Part shown: positions 47,999 through 56,581 of the stretch, one piece after another
How positions within the stretch are numbered: the stretch's first letter is position 1
How the letters are laid out: every line of letters starts with the position of its first letter
Source: Acidobacteriota bacterium
GTDB lineage: Bacteria > Acidobacteriota > Blastocatellia > Pyrinomonadales > Pyrinomonadaceae
Assembly (NCBI GenBank): GCA_016713675.1
Contig: JADJOS010000005.1
Span: 144,018-208,017, forward strand
Direction: 5' to 3'
DNA length: 64,000 nt
Made by a program: the position numbers and the translations under genes
Notes under the pieces: model-generated
Told to the model about the DNA's origin: nothing
Databases searched by the model: none
Seen by the model: the letters and a program-made list of their open reading frames with translations, nothing else

Positions 47999-48850
47999 GT
48001 CTTCCTGTTCGACGATCTCCCAGGCGTGTTCGGCTTTTAGAAGTTTGGACATAAGGGAAGCGTGAACGGCGTGGCCGCTTTTTTCGGCAGTGATCTTGCC
48101 CTCGATCGGCATACCAAGCAGGGCGAGATCGCCGATGATGTCGAGGATCTTGTGACGGACGAATTCGTCGTCAAAACGCAGCGGCGTTTCGTTGAGCATG
48201 CCGTTTTCCGTGAGGACGATAGCGTTATCGAGCGAACCGCCGAGTGCGAGATTTGCTTTTCGCAGCATCTCGATCTCGTGTGTAAAGCCGAATGTCCGTG
48301 CCGACGCTATTTCGCGGCCAAATGAGCCGTTATTAAAGACGAATTTCAGATGCTGCCGTTCGATGAACGGATGAGGGAAGTCGATGACGCAGTCGATCTC
48401 AAATCTATCCGCCGGTTCGATAGACATCTTGCGGTCGCCTTGGCTGTATTCGACGCGTTCGAGAATTCGCAGGATGTGCCGCCGAGAATGTTGCTCGACG
48501 ACGCCCGCGTTTTCGATCAGCTCGATGAAATTCTCGCTCGAACCGTCCATGATCGGTATCTCGATGTTGTCGAGATCTATAAAACAATTGTCGACGCCTG
48601 ATCCTCGCAATGCGGACAACAAATGTTCGCACGTTGATAGAACAACACCTCGCCGCATCAACGTGGTCGCGTAGCTGCAGTGCGAGATGTATTCGACCGA
48701 AGCCGGTATCTCAAAATCATCGAGGTCCGTCCGTACAAAGATATAACCGGTGTTCTCCGGTGCCGGCCGCAGCCTCATGTTTACCTCGACACCGGTATGC
48801 AGCCCGACGCCGGTGATCTCAATTTGATTAGCAATAGTGGTCTGGTTCAT
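47996..48850 (-). CDS. lpxC: UDP-3-O-acyl-N-acetylglucosamine deacetylase
   Basis: It shows GVGLHTG, TTL...GV.L.T.EHLLSAL.G.G.DN, EIPI.DGS and the C-terminal GH.L...L motif. Confidence 0.95.
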   Translation of the reverse strand: MNQTTIANQIEITGVGLHTGVEVNMRLRPAPENTGYIFVRTDLDDFEIPASVEYISHCSYATTLMRRGVVLSTCEHLLSALRGSGVDNCFIDLDNIEIPIMDGSSENFIELIENAGVVEQHSRRHILRILERVEYSQGDRKMSIEPADRFEIDCVIDFPHPFIERQHLKFVFNNGSFGREIASARTFGFTHEIEMLRKANLALGGSLDNAIVLTENGMLNETPLRFDDEFVRHKILDIIGDLALLGMPIEGKITAEKSGHAVHASLMSKLLKAEHAWEIVEQED

Positions 48851-49026
48851 TTCTCAAAATTTTCATTACAAGTTCTATGCCAATAGGCCGGTAAAGCAAT
48901 TTCAAGGTATTTCCCAGTGTTTTATCCGTGTGATCGGTGGCAAAATCACCTTTATGTTGCGTTCCCGCCACATTGATGTCTCGGATTTACTATTAACGAT
49001 CCACGATTTACAATTAGTCATTAATT

Positions 49027-49611
49027 ATGGCAATAGAAACCGCCGGCCAAAAGGCCGCGAAAGTAACTAAGATACGTATTGATAATGGGTCGACGTTGAC
49101 GATTCCTAAGGATACGGAGGCGACGATAAACAAGATCCTCGATTTTCTGCCGGTCGAACAATACCGCGGCGTAGAAAAGATCAAACTCGTCGACTTTATC
49201 AACGATCCCCGGCTTAAGAACATGGACACGCCGCTAAAGGGCGACTTACCAGGGCTTTATCATCCGCGGGCAGGCAATCAGGCTCCGTGGTTCGAGATGT
49301 CGATGGGGGCGTTGCTTCAGCCGACCGAGACATATATCAAAAAATTCATGGCAAAGAGCTCGTTCAAGGGCAACATTGCGGGGTTGATGTTCTCACTCGT
49401 CGGGCAGCATTATTACCTGACCCAGAAGCATTCGATCAAACGTACAGCCCTCGAACCGCAGATCCGTCAGTACGCCGAAAAGAACCTAAAGGTCTGGAGC
49501 GAAAAACAATCCGAAGGCAGTTTTCGTGCGAAACTCTTCAAGCCGTTCCGCCCATACCTCGAACGATGGGCAAAATGGCTGAATAAAAAGGCAGCGGAAT
49601 CTAAGAAATAA
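49027..49611 (+). CDS. hypothetical basic protein
   Basis: This is a long ORF with plausible composition. I recognise no family. Confidence 0.5.
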   Translation: MAIETAGQKAAKVTKIRIDNGSTLTIPKDTEATINKILDFLPVEQYRGVEKIKLVDFINDPRLKNMDTPLKGDLPGLYHPRAGNQAPWFEMSMGALLQPTETYIKKFMAKSSFKGNIAGLMFSLVGQHYYLTQKHSIKRTALEPQIRQYAEKNLKVWSEKQSEGSFRAKLFKPFRPYLERWAKWLNKKAAESKK

Positions 49612-49632
49612 GGCATTATCGCCGCGAAGAAG

Positions 49633-49684
49633 CGCGAAAGGCGCAAAGTAAACAAAGCTTCTGCGCACTTTGTGCCTTTTCGCG
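49633..49684 (+). other. long imperfect hairpin (17 bp stem, 17 nt loop) in a short intergenic spacer
   Basis: cgcgaaaggcgcaaagt (49633-49649) pairs with actttgtgccttttcgcg (49667-49684) with one G-U pair and one bulged T. No U-tract follows. Confidence 0.5.
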
Positions 49685-49699
49685 GCAAATTACAAAACT

Positions 49700-50098
49700 A
49701 TGAACTATTGGATGGTCAAACAGGAACCGGATTCGTATTCGTGGGATGATTTTGTCGCTGATGGCGCTACTGATTGGACGGGCGTTCGTAATTATCAGGC
49801 CCGAAATAATCTCAAGGCGATGAAGAAGGGCGACAAAGTGTTCTATTATCACTCGAATATCGGCAAAGAGATCGTCGGTATTGCCACAGTTTCCAAGGCC
49901 GAATTTCCCGATCCGACCGACGAAAAATGGGTCGCGGTCGAACTAAAGCCGGTCAAGGCTCTTAAGAAACCAGTCACGCTCGCACAGCTTAAGGCAAACC
50001 TCGCTCTCGCAAATCTCGGCCTGCTCCGCCAATCGCAGCTGTCGGTCAGTCCGGTGACCAAAGACGAATACGAAGAAATACTTAGCATGGCGAAATAA
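49700..50098 (+). CDS. EVE (PUA-like) domain protein
   Basis: The protein reads MNYWMVKQEPDSYSWDDF...W.GVRNYQARNNLKAMKKGDKVFYYHS...IVGIA.V. Confidence 0.8.
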   Translation: MNYWMVKQEPDSYSWDDFVADGATDWTGVRNYQARNNLKAMKKGDKVFYYHSNIGKEIVGIATVSKAEFPDPTDEKWVAVELKPVKALKKPVTLAQLKANLALANLGLLRQSQLSVSPVTKDEYEEILSMAK

Positions 50099-50099
50099 T

Positions 50100-51455
50100 A
50101 TGTTAAAACAAGCCGTCGCTCATTATCACGAACTCCTCGAAGACGCCGACCTCGCGACTGCATCGCAGCAGATGCTCGACTCGCAGCTTGAGAGCTCGAA
50201 ACTGATCTTTGGCGGCCGCCGCCTTTCGCCATATCTTCGGCCCCATTTTGTGATGGAGAGCGATTGGGTACTGATCAAGAAGACCTGCGAGACGATCTTC
50301 GGGGCACTTCAAAAGGTCAAAGATGCGGCGATCGAAAGCGATGAGATCCTCAACGAACTAGGCGTCACCGAGATCGAACGCGAACTCGTCCGTATCGATC
50401 CGAAATATTCACATGTCTCACCAACTTCACGGCTCGATTCGTTTCTCACCAGCGAATCGTACAGTTATGTCGAACTCAACGGCGAAAGCCCCGCGGGCGT
50501 AGCGTTTTCCGATTCGGCGACAGAGATCTTCAAACTGCTGCCGGTGATGCAGAAATTCGCCGAACGTTATGAGATCACAGGACTCGAGGGTTCGTCGAAA
50601 TTGTTGGATGTGCTGATCGAGTGTTATGCCGAATTCTGCGGCAGCTCGCCTAAATCGGATCCGCTCATTGCGATCGTCGATCTCGAAGACCTGCCGACGA
50701 TCAAGGAATTTGAGCTGTTTCGCGATTATTTTGAATCGAACGGCTATCGAGCGATCATTTGCTCGCCGGGCGAACTCACATTTGACGGCTCGCGGCTGTC
50801 GTGTAACGGAACTGAGATCGACATCGTGTACAAACGCTTGCTCGTCAATGAGTATTTGCCGATCATGGAGGCCCAACCGGCACTGCTAGATGCATACCGG
50901 GCCGGTGCGATATGCATGGTCAACAGTTTTCGCGGGAAATTGGTTCACAAAAAGGCTGTGTTCGCGGTACTAACCAATGAGCGATACAGACACCTCTTTA
51001 GCGACGCCGAGCTCGATGCGATCGGTAAGCACATTCCTTGGACGCGTTCATTTCGTGAAGAGAAGACCGAGAACAAAGGCGAAACTATCGACCTGGTCGA
51101 ATGGACTCGTTCAAACCCGCATAAACTGGTTTTGAAACCCAATGACGACTACGGCGGCAATGGTATTTACATTGGCTGGAATTCAAGCGTATCCGAATGG
51201 GATGACGCGATCGAAGCAGCATTGGAGGACGGCGACTACCTCGTCCAGGAGCGTGTCAAAACCGCTAAAGAGCTCTTCCCGATGTTCACCGATGAAGAAG
51301 GTAACTGGGAACTCGTTGAGCAGTTGGTCGATCTCGATCCGCTGCTTTTCATGGGTAAAGTAGGTTCGGCTTTCACGCGGCTTTCCTCGACCGAACTGGC
51401 AAATGTTTCGTCTGGCGGAGGGATGGTTCCGACGTTCATTATTAAGGAGAGATAA
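50100..51455 (+). CDS. circularly permuted ATP-grasp superfamily protein (glutathionylspermidine-synthase-like pre-ATP-grasp type)
   Basis: SRLDSFLTS..YSYVELNGESPAGVAF and the C-terminal NVSSGGGMVPTFI resemble the CP-ATP-grasp families as I remember them. Not verified by search. Confidence 0.5.
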   Translation: MLKQAVAHYHELLEDADLATASQQMLDSQLESSKLIFGGRRLSPYLRPHFVMESDWVLIKKTCETIFGALQKVKDAAIESDEILNELGVTEIERELVRIDPKYSHVSPTSRLDSFLTSESYSYVELNGESPAGVAFSDSATEIFKLLPVMQKFAERYEITGLEGSSKLLDVLIECYAEFCGSSPKSDPLIAIVDLEDLPTIKEFELFRDYFESNGYRAIICSPGELTFDGSRLSCNGTEIDIVYKRLLVNEYLPIMEAQPALLDAYRAGAICMVNSFRGKLVHKKAVFAVLTNERYRHLFSDAELDAIGKHIPWTRSFREEKTENKGETIDLVEWTRSNPHKLVLKPNDDYGGNGIYIGWNSSVSEWDDAIEAALEDGDYLVQERVKTAKELFPMFTDEEGNWELVEQLVDLDPLLFMGKVGSAFTRLSSTELANVSSGGGMVPTFIIKER

Positions 51456-51456
51456 T

Positions 51457-52944
51457 ATGCGAAGCGTTTCGGTGTGCCTCTGGTTGTTGATGTCTGCGTG
51501 TATTTTCTTGGTCGACTCATTTGCGCAGGGCAAGGCGTCAGGCGGGCTTTTTTCCATCAACGAATCTCCGAAAGTTGTTTCCGAAACAGATCGCTCGTCC
51601 ATTGCGTCGGTACGTGAAGCTGCCATCATATTCGAGGTCAGGAGGTTCAACGGAACTGACGACGGAATATTGAGTATTCCGCTTTTCGACGGACGTGAAT
51701 ACCAGGCGAAACGTCTGCAAAGAGAAGGGCTCGAACTGCGTTCGTCCGATGACTTCACTTGGCGTGGCAAGATCGACGAAGGCAGTTTTTCCGGCGACGT
51801 TGTCATAACTTACAAAAAAGGCCACTATGCCGGCCTTATCTATTCGCCAAACGCCGTCTATGAGATCGTTCCAAAGGGTAACGCGCATATATTGGTCGAA
51901 CTCGACCAGTCGCTGTATCCGTCGTGTGCGGGCGGCGTGAAAGGTGACGAAGCTCGATCGCGGGTCGGTCGAGCGGCCGGAGCGGCTGTCGATTCGGGCG
52001 ATCGGATCGATGTAATGGTCCTTTACACTGCTGCGGTTCGAACGTCTGCCGGCGGTGATACACAAGCTCAAACGATAGCTCAAAACGCGATCGACGCAAC
52101 AAATACTGCATACATTAACAGTAAGATCCGCCAGCGCGTCCGCTTGGTCGGAGCCGAGAACACTTCGCTGGTCGAGACAGGAAATTTCAGCACCGAATTG
52201 AGTAATTTAAGGGCAGACGCGACCGCTGCCACAAGGCGGGACGCTCTCAAGGCCGATCTCGTCTCGATGCTGACGAATTCAACAGCTGCTTGCGGGATCG
52301 GTTATTTGATGGGTTCGCTAGGCGGCAACCAGAACAACGGTTTTTCCGTCACGGCCCGAACATGTGCCGTAGGTAACCTAAGTTTCGCCCACGAGCTTGG
52401 CCATAACATGGCCAGCCATCACAATCCTGAGAACGGAGGCACGGCCGTTTATGCCTACGGCTACGGCCATTACGTCAATGGCAGCTACCGCACCGTCATG
52501 TCGTATTCGGACCCGTGTACGTCGGGCTGCACGCGGGTGCCGTATTTCTCCAATCCAACGGTGATCTTCAATAATCAGCCGACCGGAGTCGATAATGCCC
52601 GCGACAATGCACGTTCGATCAACAACACTGCCGATTGGATCGCAAATTACCGCTACAGCGGATCTAGCATCACGTTGGGCAGCTTTAACGGCGATCAGAT
52701 CGTTCCTCGACATTTACTCCGGAGCCTCATCTGGACAAGCGACAACGTCACCGGCAATGTCAAGATCGAGATCTCACGCGATGGCGGATCTTCGTGGCAG
52801 ACCCTCTTCGATCCAACGCCTAATGATCATCAGGAATATTTTTCATTTGGAAATCGGGCAACTCGTCGGGCGAGAATTCGCATCACTAGCCTCAGTGATC
52901 CGGCCGTGAGTGACAGCAGTGTCGCCAATATCTCGATTCGTTGA
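51457..52944 (+). CDS. secreted metzincin zinc metalloprotease (reprolysin-like) with a C-terminal beta domain
   Basis: The ATG lies 1 nt after the upstream stop, with aaggag 8 nt upstream. It has a signal peptide (VCLWLLMSACIFLVDSFAQG) and the zinc motif HELGHNMASHH (HExxHxxxxxH). Confidence 0.75.
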   Translation: MRSVSVCLWLLMSACIFLVDSFAQGKASGGLFSINESPKVVSETDRSSIASVREAAIIFEVRRFNGTDDGILSIPLFDGREYQAKRLQREGLELRSSDDFTWRGKIDEGSFSGDVVITYKKGHYAGLIYSPNAVYEIVPKGNAHILVELDQSLYPSCAGGVKGDEARSRVGRAAGAAVDSGDRIDVMVLYTAAVRTSAGGDTQAQTIAQNAIDATNTAYINSKIRQRVRLVGAENTSLVETGNFSTELSNLRADATAATRRDALKADLVSMLTNSTAACGIGYLMGSLGGNQNNGFSVTARTCAVGNLSFAHELGHNMASHHNPENGGTAVYAYGYGHYVNGSYRTVMSYSDPCTSGCTRVPYFSNPTVIFNNQPTGVDNARDNARSINNTADWIANYRYSGSSITLGSFNGDQIVPRHLLRSLIWTSDNVTGNVKIEISRDGGSSWQTLFDPTPNDHQEYFSFGNRATRRARIRITSLSDPAVSDSSVANISIR

Positions 52945-53068
52945 CATTTCTCTGGGCGGCAATAAATCGGAAATACAAGGCAATTGAACGTTTGCTTGCG
53001 GCAGATCTAAATCATGCGGAATTCGGGGAGTTTTCTTCCGTCCGCATCATCTGTCGAGGGATGCTTGT

Positions 53069-54067
53069 ATGAAAAAGAGAATTCTTGCCCTAAGTCTGTT
53101 TTCGATGGCGTTGATCACGGTATCGTATTTGGCCGCAAATGCGGTCAAGGCGAACGGCTATTATCTTGAGATAGCCGCCGGTGCTCCGCTCTTACAGAAC
53201 TGGACGGATACGACTCTGCTCAATGGCCCCGACGATTGGACACAGATCGTCGCGATCGAGGCGTTTACCGGTGCCAATCTGGCTCCGATGCGCGGTTCGG
53301 ACGCAAGAACCATCCTTGCCGATAATGCGTCCGGAACAATGCGTGTCGTTCCAAATCAAACTGATCCTGTTAGTTCGACAGCCGATGCAGTTGCTGAATT
53401 CGAGATAGCGAATCCTACGATCGCATTAAAAGGCTCAGATTCCTCGTCGGCGCCGAATCTCGTGATCCATGTGAATACCACCCAAGGCTGTGCCGGCAAA
53501 GCAGTTACGGTTCGATATGATGTTCGCGATATTGACGCATCGCCGGTTGACGCTGTTTCACAGGTAAATACCCAGTATCGAATTGGCGGCACCGGCCCGT
53601 ACATCAACGTACCATTCGGCTATCTCGCCGACGGCACGACGGGCGTGGGCCAGGCGACCGCGGTCAATTCTCGATACATCACACTCCCGCTCGCGGCAAC
53701 AGGACAGCCGATGGTGGATATACGGATCATGACGGTCAATTCTGCCGGAGCGGACGAATGGGTCGGGATCGACAATATCGGCGTCGATTGTGTCATGGTG
53801 AGTGCGGGAACGGCTGTGGTTACGGGGCAAGTGAGAGATTCGCAGGGCCGCGGTATTGCCAAAGCCCGCATCACCGTCACCGATCCGAACAGCGGCGTGA
53901 CCTATACGGCGATCTCGGGAGCTTTTGGGTATTATCACTTTGATGGCCTCGAGGTCGGTTCGACCTACATCATTTCCGTCGGCCACAAAGGCTACACGTT
54001 CAGAAACACGACACAGTCGTTAATGCTGCTGCAATACACGGATGGTGTCGACTTTGAGACGAATTAG
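53069..54067 (+). CDS. hypothetical secreted protein with a C-terminal carboxypeptidase-regulatory-like domain
   Basis: It has a signal peptide. The C-terminus (VVTGQVRDSQGRGIAKARITVTD.....TAISGAFGYYHFDGLEVGSTYIISVGHKGY) is CarboxypepD_reg-like. Confidence 0.6.
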   Translation: MKKRILALSLFSMALITVSYLAANAVKANGYYLEIAAGAPLLQNWTDTTLLNGPDDWTQIVAIEAFTGANLAPMRGSDARTILADNASGTMRVVPNQTDPVSSTADAVAEFEIANPTIALKGSDSSSAPNLVIHVNTTQGCAGKAVTVRYDVRDIDASPVDAVSQVNTQYRIGGTGPYINVPFGYLADGTTGVGQATAVNSRYITLPLAATGQPMVDIRIMTVNSAGADEWVGIDNIGVDCVMVSAGTAVVTGQVRDSQGRGIAKARITVTDPNSGVTYTAISGAFGYYHFDGLEVGSTYIISVGHKGYTFRNTTQSLMLLQYTDGVDFETN

Positions 54068-54093
54068 CGTGTTGCTGCAATTCCGTAAGCGAG

Positions 54094-54121
54094 TGCCCTG
54101 CGTCAGAAAGCGGGGCATTTT
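54094..54121 (+). terminator. rho-independent terminator
   Basis: tgccctgc (54094-54101) pairs with gcggggca (54110-54117) with one G-U pair, followed by tttt. Confidence 0.6.
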
Positions 54122-54173
54122 AGTGCCGGTTTGCTCTCGTTAGCATCAACGGCTAAAATTCAAGCTAAACAGA

Positions 54174-55844
54174 ATGAAATTATCTACGCCCTGGCAGAAG
54201 CAAAACCCAACGAGCAGACTGCAAAAGCTGACCGATGAATACCGCGTACTCGAGGCGCGCCTCAAACTCGGCGGCGGCACCGAAAAGATCGAAAAGATAC
54301 ACAAACAAGGCAAACTGACCGCTCGCGAACGGATCGACTTGCTCCTTGACCCCGACTCGTTCCAACAAGAGATCGGCTTACTCGTCGCTTATGATCAATA
54401 CGACGGTCAGGCTCCCGCAGCCGCAGTCGTTACCGTCGTCGGCAAGATCCACGGCCGCGAATGTGTGGTAATCGCAAATGACGCGACGATCAAAGCCGGA
54501 GCATGGTATCCCGAGACTATCAAAAAGATCCTTCGGGCTCAGGAGATCGCGATGCGCAACCGCGTGCCGATCATCTATCTGGTCGATAGTGCCGGCGTCA
54601 ACCTGCCGTACCAGGGCGGTGTCTTTCCGGGGCAATACGGTGCAGCACGCATCTTTTACTACAATTCGATCATGCGGAAATACCTCAAGGTCCCGCAGAT
54701 CTCGGCCGTCATGGGAATGTGCGTCGCCGGTGGGGCATATTTGCCCGCCTTAAGCGATGTGATCCTTATGGTCGAAGGCACCAGCTTTATGGGCCTAGGC
54801 GGTGCCAATCTCGTCAAAGGAGCAACGGGCCAATCCATCGACAACGAAACCCTCGGCGGAGCCATGACCCACAACGCCATCTCCGGCGTCGCCCACTTCC
54901 GGACCAAAGATGACAAAGCATGTTTGGAGAAAATAAGGGAACTCGTCAGTGAACTGCCGGCAAAAGAACCAACGCGCGTGTCGGTCGTTCCGAACTCCCC
55001 TCCTTACAAAGAAGGGGTGGCAGCCGCTTCGGCTGACGGGGCGGTTCTCTCCGACGAGCATTCGCTCTACAACCTGCTTCCCGAAGACCACCGAGCACCG
55101 TATGAAATGCACGACGTCCTCAACACCTTTCTCGACGAAGGCGGCATCGACGAATTCCAAGCCGACTTTGCCAAAGAGATGATCTGCGGAACTGCCCGCA
55201 TCGGCGGTATTCTCGTCGGTGTGATCGCAAACAGCCGCGGCATGTCGAAAGGGAAGCCGGGAACTCCGCCGCGATTCGGCGGGATCGTCTATACCGAATC
55301 TGCCGAGAAGACCGCGTATTTCATCGAGAACTGCGACCGCCATTCTACGCCGTTGCTCTTTGTACAGGACGTCTCCGGCTTTATGGTCGGTGCTGAGGCT
55401 GAACACAGCGGCATCATCCGGGCCGGTGCCCGTTTTGTCGAAGCAATGGCGACCGCCGCCGTGCCTAAGATCGTCCTGACGATAAACCACGCCAGCGGTG
55501 CAGGTTATTACGCGATGGCCGGACAGGGCTTCGACCCCGACTTCATCTTCTCGCTCCCGACGGGCCGCATGGGCGTCATGGAAGGCGATTCCGCCGCCCA
55601 GGCTATCTACGGGACCCAGATCGAAAAACTCAAAAAAGAGGGTAAGGAACCGCCGCCCGAAATGCTCGAAGAAATGCAAAAGGTCCGCGAAACCTATGAC
55701 CGCGAACTTGACGCCAAACATGCCGCGGCCAGAGGTTTGGTCGATGCAATTGTCACCCCCGAGGACCTTCGGGAGTCGTTGATGTTGGCTTTGCAGACAT
55801 GTTTGAATACTAACCAACCCCACATTGGAGCCTTCGTCCTTTAG
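54174..55844 (+). CDS. acyl-CoA carboxylase carboxyltransferase (beta) subunit, methylcrotonyl-/propionyl-CoA carboxylase type, carrying a ~19-aa repeat-encoded insertion
   Basis: It has two crotonase-fold CT domains (ANDATIKAGAWYPETIKK..RAQEIA; GIVYTESAEKTAYFIENCDRHSTPLLFVQDVSGFMVG). The inter-domain linker contains [19 protein letters not shown], which is encoded by the repeat element. Confidence 0.9.
   Translation: MKLSTPWQKQNPTSRLQKLTDEYRVLEARLKLGGGTEKIEKIHKQGKLTARERIDLLLDPDSFQQEIGLLVAYDQYDGQAPAAAVVTVVGKIHGRECVVIANDATIKAGAWYPETIKKILRAQEIAMRNRVPIIYLVDSAGVNLPYQGGVFPGQYGAARIFYYNSIMRKYLKVPQISAVMGMCVAGGAYLPALSDVILMVEGTSFMGLGGANLVKGATGQSIDNETLGGAMTHNAISGVAHFRTKDDKACLEKIRELVSELPAKEPTRVSVVPNSPPYKEGVAAASADGAVLSDEHSLYNLLPEDHRAPYEMHDVLNTFLDEGGIDEFQADFAKEMICGTARIGGILVGVIANSRGMSKGKPGTPPRFGGIVYTESAEKTAYFIENCDRHSTPLLFVQDVSGFMVGAEAEHSGIIRAGARFVEAMATAAVPKIVLTINHASGAGYYAMAGQGFDPDFIFSLPTGRMGVMEGDSAAQAIYGTQIEKLKKEGKEPPPEMLEEMQKVRETYDRELDAKHAAARGLVDAIVTPEDLRESLMLALQTCLNTNQPHIGAFVL
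54996..55051 (+). repeat. nested-hairpin repeat element, copy 2 (inside the carboxyltransferase CDS, in frame)
   Basis: The sequence is tcccctccttacaaagaaggggtggcagccgcttcggctgacggggcggttctctc. It differs at only 3 positions from the reverse complement of copy 3. Confidence 0.85.
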
Positions 55845-55870
55845 AGTGACAGTGACCTGGAAGTACCAAT

Positions 55871-56581
55871 ATGCGAACTCCTAACTTCGTTTTTTGTTTA
55901 ACCTTATTCGTGTTCATTTACGGCAACGCCTATGCTCAGACTGTTCCCGCAGATTCGGAGCCCGTGATCAAAGGATCCACCAGCTACCAGCTTCCACGGT
56001 CAGCGATCGACGCGGGAATTGATGGAACCATTACTGTAGCGATACGAATTGACGAAAGCGGAAAGCCAAAGGCATTGGCTCTGATTTCCGGGCCCATGTG
56101 GCCGTGCGGTTCGACGCCGCAGGCCGCTCTGAATGACCTTTCCGCTACGCTGTCCGAGACGTTGATGAAGGTCGAATTCACACCTGCGGTAAAGAAGGGC
56201 AAGCCTTACGAGACGACGATCGGCCTGACATTCAAGCTAAAAAACCCAAATATCAAACCGGCAAAGGTCGAGCTCGACCAAATGACCGGCAAACCAAAGC
56301 CTGCGATGATCAATGCAGGTGTCGTTAACGGGAAGGCCGTATCACTCCCGAAACCGGCATATCCGCGCGAAGCAAGGATGAACCGCGACGGCGGTGCGGT
56401 CTCGATCCAGGTGGTGATCGATGAAAAAGGGAATGTTATCCGGGCCGGGGCCGTCAACGGGGCACCTTCGCTCCAATTTGCCTCACGAGATGCTGCCTGC
56501 GGTGCCAAATTCGAACCGACGCTCCTTCAAGGAAGCCCGATCATGGTCTCGGGCGTAATAACTTACAATTTCGTTCCATAA
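55871..56581 (+). CDS. periplasmic protein with two TonB C-terminal-like domains
   Basis: It has a signal peptide rather than a TM anchor and no Pro-rich spacer. The second domain (LPKPAYPREARMNRDGGAVSIQVVI...VSGVITYNFVP) ends identically to TonB at 12940-13752. Confidence 0.7.
   Translation: MRTPNFVFCLTLFVFIYGNAYAQTVPADSEPVIKGSTSYQLPRSAIDAGIDGTITVAIRIDESGKPKALALISGPMWPCGSTPQAALNDLSATLSETLMKVEFTPAVKKGKPYETTIGLTFKLKNPNIKPAKVELDQMTGKPKPAMINAGVVNGKAVSLPKPAYPREARMNRDGGAVSIQVVIDEKGNVIRAGAVNGAPSLQFASRDAACGAKFEPTLLQGSPIMVSGVITYNFVP

Noticed and set aside
54795-55823. A 342-aa minus-strand ORF inside the carboxyltransferase gene. Similar long antisense ORFs lie at 40899-41756, 60020-60703, 61172-61873 and 63006-63572.
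   Set aside because: All lie opposite genes with strong family motifs and show the biased composition of antisense frames in GC-rich coding sequence.
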